Origin: Intoshia linei
Lineage: Eukaryota > Animalia > Orthonectida
Assembly (NCBI GenBank): GCA_001642005.1
Contig: LWCA01000018.1
Location: 1 to 64,000, forward strand
DNA length: 64,000 nucleotides
Direction of reading: 5' to 3'
This document shows positions 60,201-64,000 of this stretch, piece after piece. The stretch's first letter is position 1; each line of letters starts with the position of its first letter. The translations under genes were made by a program, and so were the position numbers. Under the pieces are notes generated by a model. It was not told where the DNA came from and did not search any database. It was given only the letters and a program-made list of their open reading frames with translations.

Positions 60201-63200
60201 TCACGACCCTCTTTAACTACATAAATTTGGTGTCCAATAAAAGAAAAGTAATCAAATTTTTGTGAATCAAAATTATCCCATCCGAGACTAGCATTACAAG
60301 ATTGAACATTGTGTACCTTTAAATCCGTGTACATTTTTGCAACAGGTAAATAACCTACAAAAACATTTCTAAAGTCGCCTACTACCCCGTCGCCATATTT
60401 ATTGACAAAAAGAGCACAAAATCGATACCACCTTTTTGATAAATCATGGACAGTGACAATTAAACTTGATTTTACAGTCTTGTTATTATAATGAGAAAAT
60501 TGATAAACATTATTATTATTATTTACATATGTATACAACACCTTAATAAAATAATGATGCAGATTCCATGGAGCTGCTACAGGAGGTTTTATTTCCACAC
60601 TGACTGAATTTTTAGTGAGAATTTCAATGTTTAATATTATTGGCACACCGGTTGGCGGGGATCCCGGAATATCAATAATACTTGTCGGTTTACTAAAAGA
60701 TGAATTATGTAAATCACCACACGCCATTAAAGCACACTTGTACCTTCCGAAATAAGGTAAACTTAAATTTGCAGAATTGGCATTTTTATCAACAATAAAA
60801 GAAACAGTTTTAAAAACACTTACATTCTCTGAAACGCGTAAATCAACAGATTTAAATAGAACGGGCCAACAATCTACAAAAAAATATCGCACATTATTAT
60901 AATATATTGTATTTCGGTAGTTATACCCGGTAAAATTCAACTTGACCATGTTGAATTCCCATTTCAAGATACCTACACCAACAGTGTTATCATAATGAAA
61001 ATTGACATTAAAGGGCGCGTCTACCACATGACACGTGTCAGACTGAGATGTAATTAATGGTAAATTTACAATTTGTGATCCAAATTGAATATTAAAATTG
61101 TACAAACTATCTGGAATTGTGTGCATTACTGTATGACAAAACGTCTTGACTGGTCTAATAATTATACTCTGATTGTGTGTTTTTAATCCAACATTTTGTA
61201 AAGTATTTCGGTATTCAAACCAAAATTTTTTCAAATGTTTTAATAAATTAAAAGAAATTTTAACAGTTAAATTTTGATTCAAGAAATTTAAATGAATAAA
61301 ATTAAAAATATTAAATTTTAAACATAAAATCGAAAATTTACTAGATATCTGAGTAAAATGAGCATATTCCAAATCAATATGAAAATTTGGTTTTGTTTTA
61401 ATCCTTAAACCACGAGAATCGTTGGAATTAACAAAATAAACTCCCCAACAAGTAAAAGGTAAAATTTTGACAAAATAATCTAGAGACGGTTCCAAATTTG
61501 TTAAATTTGCATACCGATCTCTGACAACAATTTCAGTTAACCCTAGAGAATCCTTGGCCATAACTTGAACCTTATACCCGATAATTTGTCCATTTTTATC
61601 CTTTTTATTCAATTCCATCCAATGTACATAAATTGAATTAAAAGTAGATTCAAATTTGTCAATTTCATTCCTTTGAGCGGGTACACCTTGCAAAGTGTCC
61701 GTACAAGCATAATTACCGTCCACTTGAGCACTTCCCCATTTATTCCACAAACTAACTTTGAAACAATAATGACTCATCGACTCAACTTTGACATCTACAA
61801 ACGAAGTAATACTACTAACGGTTAAATTTCCCATAAATACGGCAACATTGTCAATAATTTTACTTGTATATACGGTATAATAAACGATTTCATCATTCCA
61901 ACCATACCTATGTAAATTGTCCCAGATTACCCTTACAAATTTGCCATAAACTTGAAAATTTACATGAACACGTACATTCAAGTTTGAATTGTAGGGTTTG
62001 GAACCCAGTGTGTTTTTGCACAAAAATTCAGACGGTTCACTAGACGAAAAAACACTGACAGCAGATAATTTAAAACAGTAATTGTGAAATGGGCGTAAAT
62101 TGTCAACTTTGACATACCGTTCTGTATTTTCGATAAATTTTTCAATAGGCTCAAAATTTTCACTAAAAATGGACCAACTAAGACCCTGAATTGGAGAATT
62201 TTCATTTATTCCAAAATCAAAAACATGATTAAAAATTAAGGCAGAATGGTAATGAATTTTATAATATTTAATCCTTGAATTGCCATCAAAATTCGGAATA
62301 AAAGTCAAAATCATACAAGTTGAATTTAAACTAGTTATATTCAAAAATTTTGGAATTCCCGGTGTAAAAGGCGTGGAGCCAGTTTCAGTTTCCATAATTT
62401 CAACTGGACTGTACCCAGCTGTAGTTTTAGCTGAAATTTTGACAGTGTACCTAGTTTTCGGTTTCAATTTATCAATTTTTAAAAAAAATGTTGAATCAGA
62501 CACTATAAAATTTTGATTTTCCATATTTTTTCCTTGATTTTGGTCAAAATATTCAATTTTATAATTTAACAAATTTCCATTAATTGCGGAAGGACGACTC
62601 CATGTTACAATAAATGACGTATTGAGAATATCTTTGATTTTTAAATTTTTTACTTTTGATGGAATGTCACTTTTCGTGACAATTTTGTAAACTTTAGAAT
62701 ATGGACCCGAACCAATCTTAGTATATACCCTGATTGAAAATAAATAATTTGTAAATTTTGATAAATTTTTCAATTCCTTAAAATATGTTGAATCGTAATT
62801 AATTAAAAGATTTTTAACGGGAATTTTCACAGTTTTGAAATTTTGAATATTCTTGTTATTTAGATTTGAAAAATTGGTAATTTCATGACAAGATTTACAA
62901 TATACAATTTCATAATATTGAGCAATACCCTTAAGATTATCACTATGCATTTGCTTCCATTTTATTCCAACAGATGTAGATGACATTGCTTCAATTTTAA
63001 CAATAACGGGCGGTTCAATAGGAATTCCTTCCAAAGTGCTCACATTCATCATCTCGGAATAAACTCCTGTACCCTTTTCATTATACGCTGCAATTTGTAC
63101 ATCATATGCAGTAAAAACAATCAAATTCACAATAGTGTACTGCTTGGTTGCCACATCATTGACGTTTATAAATTTCCAAGTCAAATCAGAATAACCGCCA

Positions 63201-64000
63201 AGTTTATACCTAATATTATGACCCAGAAGCTTACCATTCCAAAAATATTCATCTGGTGCATCCCAGTAAACTGTAATTGACGTGTTTGTAAAGGATTTCA
63301 TTTTAATATTGATTGGCGCATGGCTTGGCGGTTGAGCCGGAATAATCATTTCCTTGGAAGATTCACTTAACGGTCCTTTTCCAATAGAATTCACCGACCT
63401 GATGGAAAAAATGTAACGTGAAGACGGATGTACATTTTTCATAAGATAAGAGTTTCTATAAGCTTCAATTTCATTCAACAATTTCCAATCACCGTCCTCA
63501 GTTTTATTTTTAAAAAATATTTCATAATTAAGTATATCACTGTTACCATCAAACCCTGGTACCCACCTGAATTTTATTCCATAATTGACATTAATTTTTT
63601 GTAACGAAATGCTCGTGATTTCAGGCGGTCTAGGAGTTTCCAACATTCTCAAATAAGCACTAGATTTCATTTTACCCAGTTGAGATTCAATTTGACATGT
63701 GTACAATCCAATGTCATCATATCGAACAGAATTTATACATACAGTTCCATTTTCATAAAATTTAAATCTATCAATATTAACATTACCGTTAGAGTCGTAC
63801 AGTAAAGAATCATCATGATACCAACGTCTATTTATCAAAACACTTGAATCGTGCTGAACTAAACAATGAAACCAAGCTTTCGAACCTTTGATAACGTTTT
63901 TATTCTGAGGAGTCTGAATAAATGAAGTTGTAATCAAAAATTTTATAGTAAATGCAGTTTTAATTGATCCAATTTCATTAGTAGCTTTGCAAAAATAATC
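54247..64000 (-). CDS. sdk: Sidekick Ig/FN3 cell-adhesion protein (5' end outside the window)
   Basis: Exons 64000-59584, 57926-57404, 56485-56344, 54498-54247; Ig domain then a long FN3 array (WVPGFDGNS, WNGKLLG, AAYNEKGTGVYS); TM PIYMKWWFMVIIAL; tail NIARSRDPLPG. Cytoplasmic exons less certain. Confidence 0.9.
54546..55158. mobile_element. hAT element, CAGAGGTGGG family (inverted)
   Basis: CAGAGGTGGGGAA / TTCCCCATCTGTG; homologous to 15682 and 35727. Confidence 0.8.
58885..59448. mobile_element. hAT (TAG-terminus) element in an sdk intron; partial copy ~38787-39010
   Basis: TAGTGCTTGC / GCAAGCACTA; perfect TSD TACTTAAG; CTCGAGAA subterminal repeats. Confidence 0.9.

Noticed and set aside
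303-63280. Many short ORF-track entries (e.g. 303-515, 1390-1650, 3706-3903, 8517-8708, 16272-16754, 44918-45229)
   Set aside because: They lie in MITEs, in introns or antisense to real exons, and have AT-driven composition.
1-64000. tRNA, rRNA, snRNA genes; non-canonical introns; alternative genetic code
   Set aside because: No cloverleaf or snRNA signature found; all reconstructed introns are GT-AG, and the genes translate cleanly with the standard code.

Overview
Very AT-rich, gene-dense animal genomic DNA using the standard code. Most spliceosomal introns are 34-50 nt; the longer ones are filled with DNA-transposon MITEs or GC-richer self-folding islands. The pattern fits a highly reduced parasitic bilaterian such as an orthonectid (inference only). 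Genes spliced by hand: a partial unknown gene (+), SMIM12-like (-), PSMA1 (+), a PDZ-only ALP/Enigma-like gene (-), DYNLT1 (-), EPRS (+), CCT8 (+), two intronless orphan ORFs (+), a multi-exon uncharacterised gene (+), MRPS18C (-), GGA (+), SF1 (-), DDX21/50 (-), WBP2 (+) and the 3' part of sidekick (-). Mobile DNA: a dead IR/DR Tc1 element, a dead piggyBac nested in a hAT element, about 20 MITEs and a Helitron-like pair. The most promising signals are (1) a recurring set of structured RNA-like islands in long introns of housekeeping genes, several ending in hairpin+ACA and one with HDV-ribozyme-like topology, and (2) loss of protein-interaction modules: EPRS has no GST domain, GGA has no GAE ear, SF1 has Phe for the ULM Trp, and Sidekick has no SSFV tail. 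All folds and homologies were judged by eye; no searches were run.
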